Part shown: piece after piece, positions 26,631 through 39,800 of the stretch
Layout: each line of letters opens with the position of its first letter
Position numbering within the stretch: position 1 is the first letter of the stretch
Source: Antedon mediterranea
Lineage: Eukaryota; Animalia; Echinodermata
Direction of reading: 5' to 3'
Assembly: GCF_964355755.1 (NCBI RefSeq)
Contig: NC_092680.1
Span: 5,394,001-5,458,000, forward strand
Length of the DNA: 64,000 nucleotides
Notes under the pieces: model-generated
Told to the model about the DNA's origin: nothing
Database searches by the model: none
The model's input: the letters and a program-made list of their open reading frames with translations, nothing else
Made by a program: the position numbers and the translations under genes

Positions 26631-27752
26631 TTATCTTTGTTCATTTTTTTTTTTTGCCTTTAGAACATGAGGCCTTGGATTCGTATCAACTCCACCTCTG
26701 GCTTTAAAAAGCGCTTCTAATATGGTATTATTATATTCCAAAACATTTGGCGCACGCATATCATCGGTTGCACTGTTTTGCTTTAAAAGTTCATCCATTC
26801 GTTTGGAAATGTCAGAACTTGACCTTAGTGCCATAGCATGGTTTGGACTTTGCATCAAAGTGTATGTAATTTCTCGAATACTTGAAATTTTAGAAGAAGC
26901 CAAGTTAACTTCCTTTACATGGGTGTTAAGTAACTTCAGATGATGTTGGTGAGTTGATTGAAGGTCCTGTAATTGGTCTTTCTTGTAACCTTCAATTAGT
27001 TTGATTAAATTATCGGCTTCTTCTTTTATTTTCACTTCACACTTTTTGCAATTAGACATCTCCAATGTCTTTTTTCTTTGAAGCTGTTCTGCAATGTCTT
27101 GAAAGCTAACCAATCTTTCATCTGCTTCTTTAATCAAGGTTGTTGAAAGGACTGTGAACGCTTCAAAAGCATTTTTTATATTTATTATGTCATGACCATC
27201 ATTTTTAGGATGCTCAACCTGTATGCAGCTTACACAAACTGGAATCTTGCACGAGTCGCAATAGAAATGAAGTGACATATTATGTTCGAAGCAATACACA
27301 GATTTAGAAGCCAAACGCTCAGCAGGACTGATTGTTGTGTATTCTTCCATCGTAATTATGCAATGATGTTTTGACATCTTCATTTTTGTATGATCATTTC
27401 TGTGGAATGTACAATATAGTTCATCACATTCTTGACAGAAGAAGCATGCCGCAGTACTACAAAGACTACAGGTTGAAGCAGTCTTCTCTTCCAATGAAGT
27501 AACATAGTCTAACATGCCACTGATAAATATGTTGTTCTTCAGGTTTTGAAGGCCTCCTTCTGGAATCTGGCAGACTTCACGACAAGTTGGGCAGCTGAGT
27601 AACCCGTTGCTTGTCTTCACCCATTCCTCAAGACATCCAAGACAGAATGAATGAACACACGTTAGAATCTTTGGGCTTGTAAATCGATTCATACATACAG
27701 GACACTCGAGTGCTGAGGCTTCAATTCCATCGATCACTTCTTTAGATGCCAT
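26631..27752 (-). CDS. TRIM/RBCC E3 ubiquitin ligase (TRIM56/TRIM45-like N-terminus), single coding exon, 373 aa, no C-terminal domain
   Basis: ORF from MASKEVIDGIEASALECPVC: C3HC4 RING, B-box1 (CSLC...CQEC...YCTFHRNDH), B-box2 (CFEH...FYCDSC..PVCVSC...H), coiled coil. A splice acceptor (ttttag) lies 10 nt upstream of the ATG at 27752 and a donor lies near 27902, so the longer ORF start at 27818 is probably intronic. Confidence 0.9.
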   Translation of the reverse strand: MASKEVIDGIEASALECPVCMNRFTSPKILTCVHSFCLGCLEEWVKTSNGLLSCPTCREVCQIPEGGLQNLKNNIFISGMLDYVTSLEEKTASTCSLCSTAACFFCQECDELYCTFHRNDHTKMKMSKHHCIITMEEYTTISPAERLASKSVYCFEHNMSLHFYCDSCKIPVCVSCIQVEHPKNDGHDIINIKNAFEAFTVLSTTLIKEADERLVSFQDIAEQLQRKKTLEMSNCKKCEVKIKEEADNLIKLIEGYKKDQLQDLQSTHQHHLKLLNTHVKEVNLASSKISSIREITYTLMQSPNHAMALRSSSDISKRMDELLKQNSATDDMRAPNVLEYNNTILEALFKARGGVDTNPRPHVLKAKKKNEQR

Positions 27753-30700
27753 AATAGTAATACTAAAAAAGAAACGGTAGATATAATTTGTGATTGATAC
27801 TAAGTCTATGTTGACCATTGATTCAGTAGACTTAGTCTTTCACATCTCAATAAAAAACAGTTTGGCCTACAATTTTCATTCGATTAACACGCTGATACTT
27901 ACCGAATGTAGCAGCCACTATAAGCCAATTTATCTGGAAGCGTTACTACCTTTGTACCTTATAATTTGAATGGATATGTTTGAACTGGTTCGTCTAACTA
28001 ACTAAGACTATGTTAATATATAACATAATCAATATGTATTGATATCATTGCATTGGTGGCACTTCAATCAACGCAATGTGCGTCGAAACATAAAGAGAAT
28101 TAACATGGTCGAAGTAATAGGCCTATTGATGTATAATGTGGAACAAAGCAATGAGAATTGTTTTCAAAATAATTTACTCGGATTAAACAATATGTCACAC
28201 GTTCGTTTGCCGTAATGTTTTATAAATAATCATCTTAGTTGGTGTTTTTTTCTGGTATAAAACTATGCTTCATCGCAATCGTCGTATTGCGAATGATGTG
28301 TACGTTGAATTTGTGATAAAGTGCTGAGTAGTAAGCTCTTTTTGCTAACAGATACTTCTCTAATACATACTGAAAACTGAGGACACTGATGTAACGGACC
28401 CACAACAGCCAGTGCTGCACCTCGGTACGGTACCCATAGTAAATCTCTACTCCTTCACACTTCGACAGATAAATAAAAATGAAATGTATCATTCTATATT
28501 AAACCTATTTATAGAATATTTATATATGAATCTACACTCTTCTTTTTATATCCATTGTTTAAATATATATTTAAACACTTGCTCTGACTGATTATAATAA
28601 TTGTATAACCACAGTATATCCGGTAGGTTGACATCCAGTATTGGTTCTGTCTATTATATCGTAGATTTGCATTACAGTCATACTGTTTACACTGAACCTT
28701 CAAAGAAAATAAAAGACAATACACTTTTTCAAACACTCATCGATCGCTATAATTCGTCATTATTTTGACTATCCCGACACCTGTCATGACATAATGAGTC
28801 ATAACCACTTTAGACTCGGTTACAGACTGCAAACAAGTCCGGCATTTAAATGATCAATGTTTGGAATCATTGTGAACATCTGGGAGAATAAGCCTACGAA
28901 TTAGGCCTACTTTTTTTTAATCATTCGTTGGTATTTATTCATAAAACAAAAAGATTGAAACATGGCAGCAAAAATGGTGAAGTCCGTTTCAATTTACAAA
29001 ATATGTATAGGCTAAAATAGGTTAAAAGTACTTTAAACATTGTTTTTAAAAAAGGCTGCTATTATTATATAGGTCATAAATAACAAATTGAACATCAAGA
29101 AAACAGTAAAGCTACATAAAAGGGCAGGGGGTTTTTTTTCGGTCAGAATGTTTAAAATTGATAATCCAATTACAGTTCAATTATTTCAATGATTACTGAT
29201 CTGTTTTATATTTAGCTGGTCTTCATCAAAGTATTATTTAAAAAATATTCTGTTTACACTCTCTTTTAATAAGACAGGTTGAGAGGTGTAACATGGGCTG
29301 ATAAATCAAATCACCATCATCATGACTTACAGTTTTATACCATTTTCCTCATGGTGTTGTGTTTTGTCTGTATAGTTTTCAATAAAATACACCGCTGTCC
29401 GATTTATGACACGTCACATTATATCAGTAGGCTAATATTATAAGTTCTTTTGTCGTATAATTAACCGCAATAATTTTGCGTATGACTCGAGTTTTTGGTA
29501 GGTTTTACCATAATAAAGAGTAACGCTTTGATCGCTGGTTTATTTTATTATTAAGTTTATGCTACAATATTATAGCACTTTTGTTTTGTTGTGGTTTTAA
29601 TATTCCTTTTTGTAGGCCTACAGGTGAATGGTACGAAGAGAATGTCTTTAACGTTACGTTAGACATAACAACAACTAACAACCTTTGCTGATGATTGATC
29701 CTAAAACTCTAAATTATACCTATATCTAATTTACAAATCTAATGTTTTCTATATTAAATAATCAAATTAATGTAGTTTGTTACAAATTTCACAAGAGAAA
29801 ATCCTGATATAACCTGCATTATAGTTAATATTTATGAAAGGAATATATTTTCCCCCTGAACAAATAATTTAAAAGAATGTTTTGTTGAGTATGCCATTTT
29901 AATGTCATATAATAGTTTTGTCGATAAGTCAGACAATTGTTTTGTTAAATGTAATCCTTTTGTCTTTTTATAAGTTAAATCATTATTTTTGTTTGGGTTT
30001 TTTTTTTCTGCAAAACTTCATAAAAACTGCAAAATTGCCTCATACAAAATTCGATTTTATGCAACTATATTTTGATGTTTTTAGAGGACAATTAAGATTT
30101 AGATTCTTCTTTCGTGATATAATATATTAATAAGCGTATTGGTTGGAATCTGCACAAACATTGACAAATATTGCTTCTCCGTGGTATTAAGTTAAAATTA
30201 TATACGTTCGAATCTGCTCAAACAGTAATAGCCGAACTTAGTGCAGTATACCATGGACAAATATTGTTCTAATCTGCTCAAACAGTACAGTAGGCCTAGT
30301 ATAGTCAGATAGATTAGTACAGTACCATGGACAAATATTACTTCCCCGTGATATTACGTAATGGTATAGGTACTCAGTAATTAACTCTCTCTATGACCAG
30401 GTTGATTGACCCGTAATTTAAAATACCACTATTTCCATAAAGACGTCTTTTCCGTAAAGGTATTCAGCCTTTAGGGCTGTGCCAGTCTCCATTGTTATAC
30501 TGTTTGCTCCGTCATTGGTCGGCGGATTTTCATGATCGAATGCCTTTGAATAGCTGTCAATGGATTCTATTGTTATTCAATTGCTTATTCATCACTGCTT
30601 CGGTGGAACACCCTGTTATTATTCAGTTTTAGTTATCACAAATACATTGCAACTACACACATAGAGTACAACTTCGTTCCATTTGGCTTGGCTATAATAC

Positions 30701-30841
30701 GAAAAAATTGGGATCGCTGCAGAAGCATATAAATATATTTTCCCGTTACAACAACCCTAATTATTGTGGATTTATTTGTGGATATGTTAAGGATTTGAGT
30801 TGATATACACCTGCTGTGAAATTCGTGTCATTTGTTACATA

Positions 30842-33800
30842 ATGGATACCGTTAGGAAATACACCTTTCTGTTAACAATTGGAGCTATATTTTTTACTGG
30901 AAGGGTGAATTGCTATAGTACAGGTGGTCCGATACAGGCTTGTAGTAATATGCTGCCTGGACATTATAATACACCTGAACAAACTGTGCCATCTCCATAC
31001 ACTGTTACTGCAAGTACGACTATGTATTCGCCTGGAGATATCATTTCTGGTGAGTATATTGTGACTAAGTGGTGATTTTAGTTCTGTATGACAGTACTGA
31101 CAGCTAAGGAAACCCAACCCAACTGGCACTGGTCAAATTTATTCCCACTTCTGCTTACGTTTTCCTTTTAAAAAGGCACTTTTCGTAAAAAAAATAGGTT
31201 CGTTTGTACCCCTTCCCTCTTTTATAGATAAAATAATGTTCAGTAACTGATAATGCTTGTTGCTCTTAATTGTGTAATTAAAATAATAGTTTATGTACTA
31301 TAAAAGAAAAAAAAACACCATGTTTGAAAATGTCTACAGTGAAGGATTTACCAATTGACATTATTTCGTTATTATTATAATATATTAATGTAGGCCTACA
31401 GTACCTTCAAGTACACGTCATTATTTGCGCCATTGTCTACTGATGCATGTACAGTACTGCACAGTAATTTGTTTATGTAACAACTTAATACAGGTATATC
31501 AGTATTACAAAAACGTATGTTTAATGGAAAGCATTTTAATCTCTCACCGGGGATAAGTTTCAATCATTTGCTACTTTTGCACTTATATATAAACTTGTAG
31601 AAATTGTCGGAATAGTTTTTTTTTTAAATAATCAATACTTTCTTTTTTACAATTGTCAAATCATATGGTTTTTACCGTTGATTTAGCACTTGTCTGTGTG
31701 TCTTTTGTTAGATCCTAGAGTGAATAATCTGGTTAATAAGGACCTGTACAATAGCAAAAACCCTGAACAACACTGACTGTGGCGTGTGCTGTATGAGTCA
31801 TTTAAGTACCTCACAATGTTACTCCCACTTAAAATGTGAATGATAACTCCCACCGTGTCTACCTACAGGTAGTATATAGGGATTTTATATTGTTAATGTA
31901 ACACCGATAATATAAGTTTTTCTACAAGATTTATTTTTCAATGATATGTAATTGTTACCCATGTAAATATTTGTAATAAAAATTCGGAATAATATGTAGT
32001 AATAATTGATTTAAATTTTCTTTAAGAAAAATACTTAAAATGTTTATAAATAACAGTAAATTCTGATTGATTGTCTATCTTTCCTAGAGCAACCTATTTT
32101 TAATTTTTAAACTTTGTCACGTTTGCAATCATTATACTGTACATTGCCGCAGTTCGCCTGAATATTTTGTTTCGTATGTTACTGTATTATGGAACAGGTT
32201 AATTTTAGGCCTATATACTATTATGAATAGTATTTATCCCAATAACATACATCGCCATTAGTAAATAAACATTACGTTTCTGGGGTAAAGATTTGCAAAA
32301 CGTATTTGTAGGCCTATTAATAACTGAAGGCGCTTGGGGTAGACTCATCATAGAACCAAGACCTTCAGTAAACTAGGCCTGTACGTAGATTTTAATTGGA
32401 AAACTGCAAGAAGTATAGGAAAAGTCTCCATTTAAATTGGTTTTGCAATCGGTTGGAAATGAAAATGTTCTCGCACTTTACAGTACAGTAGATCCTAACC
32501 TTTATTTGTTACTTTAGCACATGTACTGTAGCTAGACCATACATTTACCTTCCTCAATGAAAATGTTTTCAATTAATTGTAGGTGAAACCATCATAACGC
32601 AACAGTTTTTGAGTATTTTTTTAATCGAGGAAAATAAAAAATTGGAATGGGAGAATAAGAGTGTCATACCTTCATTAAAATAAAAATCATTGTAATAATA
32701 AATGCAATATGTTGATTTTGCTATTGTTGATATATAGTTTTCGTACATAGTCCTGGAAAGATCTTTTAAGTTTCTCGACGTTTCGATCAAACATACTTTG
32801 ATCGACGTCCGCGGGTTTGAGAATGTAGAAAGCTAAGGAATCCAGTAGAGTTTGCTATTATTTTGAGAAATACAGAAAAATGTCTCTGAATTCCTACAAT
32901 TTTTCTTGTTTATGGTTTAATTAGTTCAAAATTGTTATAGAATGGGCTTACACTAATGCAAGTTTATTTTTCTTTTTACATTTCAGTGAGTCTTTCTGCG
33001 TCTAGCACTCGCCCATTTAAAGGAATGATGGTACAGGCTAGAGAAATAATGGGCTCAGAAGCTGTAGGTACATTTCAAAACGTTAATCAAGAGAACGAAT
33101 ATTTTGTCCATTGTAATGGACATTTCAGCGCACTCAGCCATAATAGTAATAAGAGTAAATATTCCTTAACGTATCAGTGGAAATCTCCTATTGATTCTAC
33201 AACTGATATTGAATTCTTGTAAGTACTATTTATAAATTATTATTATTGATGATTATATATGATTGGAATATGCCATAAATATCCGACAAACCTGGTTACT
33301 GTAGTTCTACCCAGCATTGACCTCTGTACTGTATATAACTAGGGGCAGGGAAGAGTTAACTCTTCCCTGTAATTTAACTCTTCCCTGCTAGGGGTTACCG
33401 TACGTTAATTCATAGAGGTATAATTGAAAGTATTATCTTCTTCATGTTTGACTAGGGTGTTTGGTCTTATAGATTGTTAAAAAATAATTCGAATTATAAG
33501 CTTGATTGATTGATTTGGAGTATACTATACAGTATACTATATTGTCTTTTTACTCTGCTCATAGTGCCATGTTAAAGCTCTATCTACACTGTGCCCAAAT
33601 ATGGAAATGATATGACGTCATCGTGTCCATATATGGGCAGATCACCTTTTTTTTCACATAGCGTTTGCTAGTGTAGACACAACTTAACATACAGTACTGT
33701 AATTTTTAACAAATTTACATTAAATAATATTTATATTTTCAGAGTTACGTTTGTAGAAGATTTTTCTACATTTTGGGTTAAACAACGATCAGCTACAATC

Positions 33801-36800
33801 AAAATTGGTAAGCAAATACACCACAGATAACGATTCATTTAGTATTTTTCTCAGTTTAAACAACATCTTCACCTCTTACAAAGTACTGTACAGTGTATTG
33901 AAATGTTTACATTTAAATACGACTAACATGTCACAGTTTTACCATGCTTGTATTGAGTTAAACCAATACAAAATAATAAAATGATCTATGATGAAAACGG
34001 ATTTGGCTTTAAAATATGGTTTTGTACTGTTAGGCCTACAGTATATTGTAATAATATAATAACAAAATTTATTGTAATAAAAATTACTTTTAAAGAGCCT
34101 TGTACTTCAAGTCCGTGTCAAAATGGTGGAACATGTTTTAACAGTGCCACCTTTGAACATTATTTCTGTAATTGCGTCGATGGATACACAGGCGCTAACT
34201 GTGACCAAGTCATTGCTGCTACGACTCCACAACGTAAGTTATTCACTTATTTAATATGTATACGTATGTATTTGTCTGTCCTTTATACAGTAATTCTCTA
34301 AAATCTATACACTTTCCTTTTAATTCAATATGCTAAACAGTTTTCATTTTTAGAGAATACGGACGGCATTTAGTAAATCTGAATTGTCGTTTTATCGATA
34401 TCGAAGTATTTCGATTCTTTTCTAAACATTACAACATAGTACTCGGTGGCGCCAGGATTTGCTCGAAGGAGGGGTATGAGCGTGAATCCATTGTCGGGGC
34501 TGTCAAGGAGGTGGGGTTGGGGGTCGGTATTAGATTTTCCGCTCTCGCTACCACTGCATTAAATCTGATATAAATACTATATTTATTATACTTTTTTGTA
34601 TGTACTTTTTTTCACTACATGCCTTCCTTTCTACCAATGTTGCATAGCTGATGCATGCACTGTGTCGCTTTGTTGGAATGGAGGAAGTTGCATTGATCAG
34701 AGTACAGGGGACATTTCCAGCTTTATCTGCATTTGTCCCCCAGGTTTCGAAGGACCTTTGTGTAAAACAGAAGGTATTTTAACCTTAACCCAAACATTCA
34801 CTCCAATTCATAATTTGATTCATTGTTTTATCATTGGTTGTATCTTAGAGGTTGTTTTACATTTATAGCTTGTGTTTGCTTGTTTGTATTCATAAACTTA
34901 GTGAACATTTTGTCATTTGTAGAAATAATTCAAGGGCGGATCCGGGATTATTTTAATGGGGGAATAGTATGGTAAAAATAGACAGTAGTTTTTAATGTTA
35001 CTGCTGTCATAGAGGTGGGGGAGCGCGTACCACAGTCACTTCAGGATCCGCCCTTATCATTGAATTGTATGCTGTGACATTACTTAGTTATTATACACAT
35101 TAGTTATTCTATGTTGCTCTTATATAAAATAAAAATCAATTGCATTTCATGAAATAGTGCATGCAGTTCTTTCACAATACATCTGAACTGGTAACAAGCG
35201 AACTTAATAAAACAAATAAAATTGAATTATTCAAGCTGGCTGAATTGTTTCACCTACAGTATGTACTACTAATATATTATTAGCAGTTCTATACTGTACG
35301 CATAGAAAGATAAAATAACTGACAGTTGTATGTCACAAACTTGTTGCGCAAACTTAAACAAGGAACAATACAAAGACAAATTATATATATTCATTTGAAT
35401 GAGTATTTGATTTGATAAGGCATTTTTAGCATCTAATTATTTTTCAAAACATTTTAAGTACTGCTTGTTCTTCACGTTATGTCATACATTTTTCAGTGAC
35501 GTATCTTCTTCCTAAACACGAATTTCTCTTCTGATTCTTTTACATTTTTTATTCTGAATATTTTTGATAGCAGTTTTGCTTTGATAGTTGTTTTATTAGT
35601 ACTGGTCCTCAAACACACAATGTCTTTGTTTGCTATTATTTATCTACCACAAGGCACTCTTTGTTGAATGGTATGTTATTACTTATTCATATATACGGAT
35701 TAAAGCAAGTTGGTCAGAAGGAATAGGAAAGTACAGATTGGGTTTAGTTTCTCATTCAAAGGTTTATTATGCAGAAAGTAAAGTACACTACATATACTGT
35801 ACACTGTACTGTATAACACCTAGACAATTCAGAGCACGTTGTGAACTTTTTCTTAAACGTACAGTAGTAATAAAATAAGTCATTCAGGTGTTTTTAAATA
35901 ATGGTTTTCTCTCACTTTCATTTCAACTTTAATGGAAATCACGGAATTTACTCAACATCTCAATACAATGTAATTGTGATATACTACAATTTGTGTTATG
36001 TGAATAATGATTATAACCCACAGTACCGATATTGCCATGCGATTCGAACCCATGCTTTAATGGTGGTATTTGTGATCCTCTCACTGGAAACGAGGGATAT
36101 CAGTGTTTCTGCCCTGTGGGTTCTGGTGGCTCTCATTGTGAATTGTATTCAGGTAATTTACATCATTCAGGGTTTGTGTTTTTTCGATGACAATTGCTAC
36201 TGGTCTAAGACTTAAGTAAATGTGTAGGCTTATTGGGAAAAATCACCTTGTTTATTATGAAACCGATTAAACTTTTGAATAATCACAGGAGTAAGCAATA
36301 TAAAAAGGTAATGACAAAAAAACATTGTTAAATATAAAAAAGAAAACTAAAGCATGATTTAAAATGAAATAGTGTATGTGATTTGCATAATTGACGGGTT
36401 TAAATGCTTGTTAACGCTCTTGCATTGTTTTAGCCTGATTTTGTACAACAGTATCATCAAATCAATGTTTTACCCATATTTTTAATGTGAATGCTGCTCT
36501 GATTTTGTTGACAGCCCCTTGTGATTCTAGTCCATGTATGAACGGGGGTTATTGTGAAAATACATCAGGGGGAAGTGGATATCAATGCTTGTGTTCAGGA
36601 GGTTACTTTGGCCAACTATGTGAACTCGAACCAGGTGATTATGAAGAAGGATTATGATAAATGTATAATGTATTACCACAGTAGCTATAAAATAATTCTC
36701 GCCACATAACAGTGTTTTCCCGCAAAACATCATTTTTTAAATTAGAATTATGGACCGAATTTGGCCTGTCAAAAGTTAATAGTTATTGGTTTTTTTGATT

Positions 36801-39800
36801 GGAAAAGAAGTAAATTGTAAAAATTTGCGCAGTTGAAATATTATGGAATGCCCGGAGCACATAGTGAGAACAGTTTCGCCAATCAAATAAAATTAAACAG
36901 GATAAATATATTCCTAATCCGAGGCACATATATAACCACAATTAGATTCAAAACTCTTACGTCCACTGGCGCACATTATAGATAATCTCGAAAGGTGCAA
37001 CTTCAGGGATAGTAATTGATTGATTTGATTGATTGATTCATAATATATATTTTACCATTACTGGTATTATTAGATATACATGCAGACCCCTGTGCCTCGT
37101 ACCCCTGCTACAATAATGGTATTTGTGAGGTAATTTACTACAGTACTAGTACTTTCCAGTGTTCCTGTACTTCTGAACATTTTGGTGTTCGTTGTGAATT
37201 TCCACAAGGTAAATATTCGTGAGGTACACTGTAGCTTACAGTATATTTTTTTGATTCATGCATTTTCTCATACTGTACATAGTAACCGAGGTTTAATGCA
37301 TGATCTTTCTTAAGATAATTTTGAGAATTGAGCAAGCCAATATTCCAAAAGAAGAAGACTACAGTATGTCTGGTCCACTCACCCGGGTCTTGTTTGCATG
37401 TAGGTCTATTATGGATATTAGAAGTGTGTGAAGTTTGCCTGGAGTAGACCAATTATACGCAAATATGTCTATATTCTAAGTCAACCATTTTAGTATCAAT
37501 ATCTCAGTGACCTGAGTTTGGTAACCTCTTAATAATGATAATAAGACCAGTCTGAAAAGGTCCATTTTGATATAATCTACTCTGATTCTTAACAGCCTCT
37601 TGTGAATCCAACCCGTGTCTGAACGGGGGTTACTGTGAAAACACAGCAGGTGACAGTGGATACCAATGCTACTGTATAGGCAGTTTCTTTGGCCAACTAT
37701 GTGAATTAGAGCCAGGTACAGTCCTATTTACATTTCATAGGATATCTGGGGACGCAGCACCTTAACAAATTAGTATCAACTAAACTGCATATTGTACTGT
37801 AGGCCTATATAATCCTGTAAAATGTGCGGTAAACTAATTGCTGCTGTAGTGTTGTTGCAACAAAAGTCATATAATATAACCAGCTATTATTTGATAGAAT
37901 GTGAAAGCCTAGAAAACTGCTACTTCTTTTCATAATCATAAAAGAAAATATATTGTACAATTATTATACTCTGCAGTTGATTCACCATATTGTAATAACT
38001 AACATCCTGGTTTCATTAGATAACTTTGCTGAGCCTTGCTCCTCTTCTCCTTGTGTGAATGGTGGGTACTGTCAACACTTGTATCAGATTGATACCACTG
38101 CTTATCAGTGTTTCTGTACAGCAGGTTTTTCTGGTACTCTTTGTGAAATTCCACCAGGTAATTATCCTTCTATCTTACCTTAATTGGACAGTTTTTAGAG
38201 GAAGGTTTTCCAAGCATACGGGTAAACTAAAGACATAGTATTATAACAACATTTATAGCACTGCTCAGCTTAAAAAAAAACCATGTAAAGTTACATTAAA
38301 TACTAATATACAGATAATATCGGTTTAAAAGCCATTAGTGTTAAAAAAATCATGTTGGTAATAACGTAATTAATTTATCAAGTCGTTCTGTAAACCACCA
38401 GACTTTTCAAAAATTTTACGCCAAAGCATCTGTTGATTCTATTGTTCCTAAAATATTATTAATTTTTAAATGAGTCACATCAGGCAAGAGTTAAATATCA
38501 CTCTTCCCTGGTCACATGCACCATATTTTCTACAGTTTTTAGTGTTTTTGTAAATGTATTTAATAATGCTGTATTGAAACACATTCAGTGGATCCATGCG
38601 ACTCAAATCCATGCCTTGGTGATGCAAGCTGTCAAATGGAGGTTCTAGGCTACACCGTTGGTTACTTATGCCATTGTTCTGACAGCTACACAGGCTTGAG
38701 ATGTGAACAGGGTCCGGCAGGTACAAATAGTAAATTCGGTTTATATATAAATCTATGTTTGCCTATGCAAACTGTACAAATATCTCCACGTTCTATTTTG
38801 AAACTAGTATTAAAGGTTCTTGTTTTTATAATTTAAAGACATTCAGTACTATGAATTATTTGAAGCATTACATATTGTATATTTCATCATACAATTTAAA
38901 TTTATAGGCCATGGTTACAAAAAAAAAGATTATTAATAATATTTATGAATATGAATGCCCTTTTAACTGGTTGTAATAAAAAACAATACAATACACTATA
39001 TCTAATTTTTGTAATCAATGAATATACTGATTATTCCTTTGGCATTTAATTCCTTTAATTAACATTCAGTGGCCTAAATAGAATAATCAATTGTGAATAA
39101 TTAATTCATATGAATTAATTTAGTAGTTTAACTTTTAAATAATGCTTGTTCCAAACAATAGACTATTATAATTATATAATTATTAGGATATTCAATGGAC
39201 AATAATATATTTTTTTAAATATTTATCAAAGTACACAATGACTTTCATATATATGAATAACTTAATTCGCTACTTTTCGTTTGATATGAATTTAAAAAAC
39301 AAACCGAAAAAGTTAAGTTATATAAAACAAGGCCATATAGATGGCTGCAGTCGCGTGCTTAGTGTTTACCGACCGACCGACCAACCTACCAACTGACCAA
39401 AATTACTGAACATGTTTAAAAATGTTGAAATGTTTAAAAACAGTTATATTTTTTTAATTTACGCGTGCGTAGCCTGTCACTTTTGACGTGCTCGTATAAC
39501 ATAATTTCGAGTTGAAAAGTAAGTCAAGAAAACAGAAATCGGGCAAAAAGAGTGCGCAACAACATTTAACGCGCAGTGCGCGCGCAAAAATCTGCGCACT
39601 CATGGCAATTTTGTAAACGCTTAAAATTGCCTGAAACGTACTCTTATTTCGTCGAAAATAAATTTTGAAAATTTTAAGCGCGCCTACGCATGCGTTACAT
39701 GCGCTACGCACGTAATTGTATTTCCATATGATGATTTATGCCCTGAAATTTATGAGTACCAAATTTTATTTAATTGTGATTCATGGTTGTGAAGATATGA

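Noticed and set aside
19656-26943. Plus-strand ORF pair MVLLYSKTFGARISS... (19656 and 26722)
   Set aside because: Antisense shadows of the two TRIM coding sequences; their similarity only reflects the paralogy.
27753-27818. N-terminal extension MVNIDLVSITNYIYRFFFSITI of the TRIM paralog
   Set aside because: It spans a polypyrimidine tract and AG acceptor, so it is most likely intron and 5' UTR; the ATG at 27752 is preferred.
34931-35056. hAT-like MITE (AAGGGCGGATCC...GGATCCGCCCTT)
   Set aside because: A 12-bp inverted repeat is present but there is no target-site duplication or second copy in the window; too weak to call.
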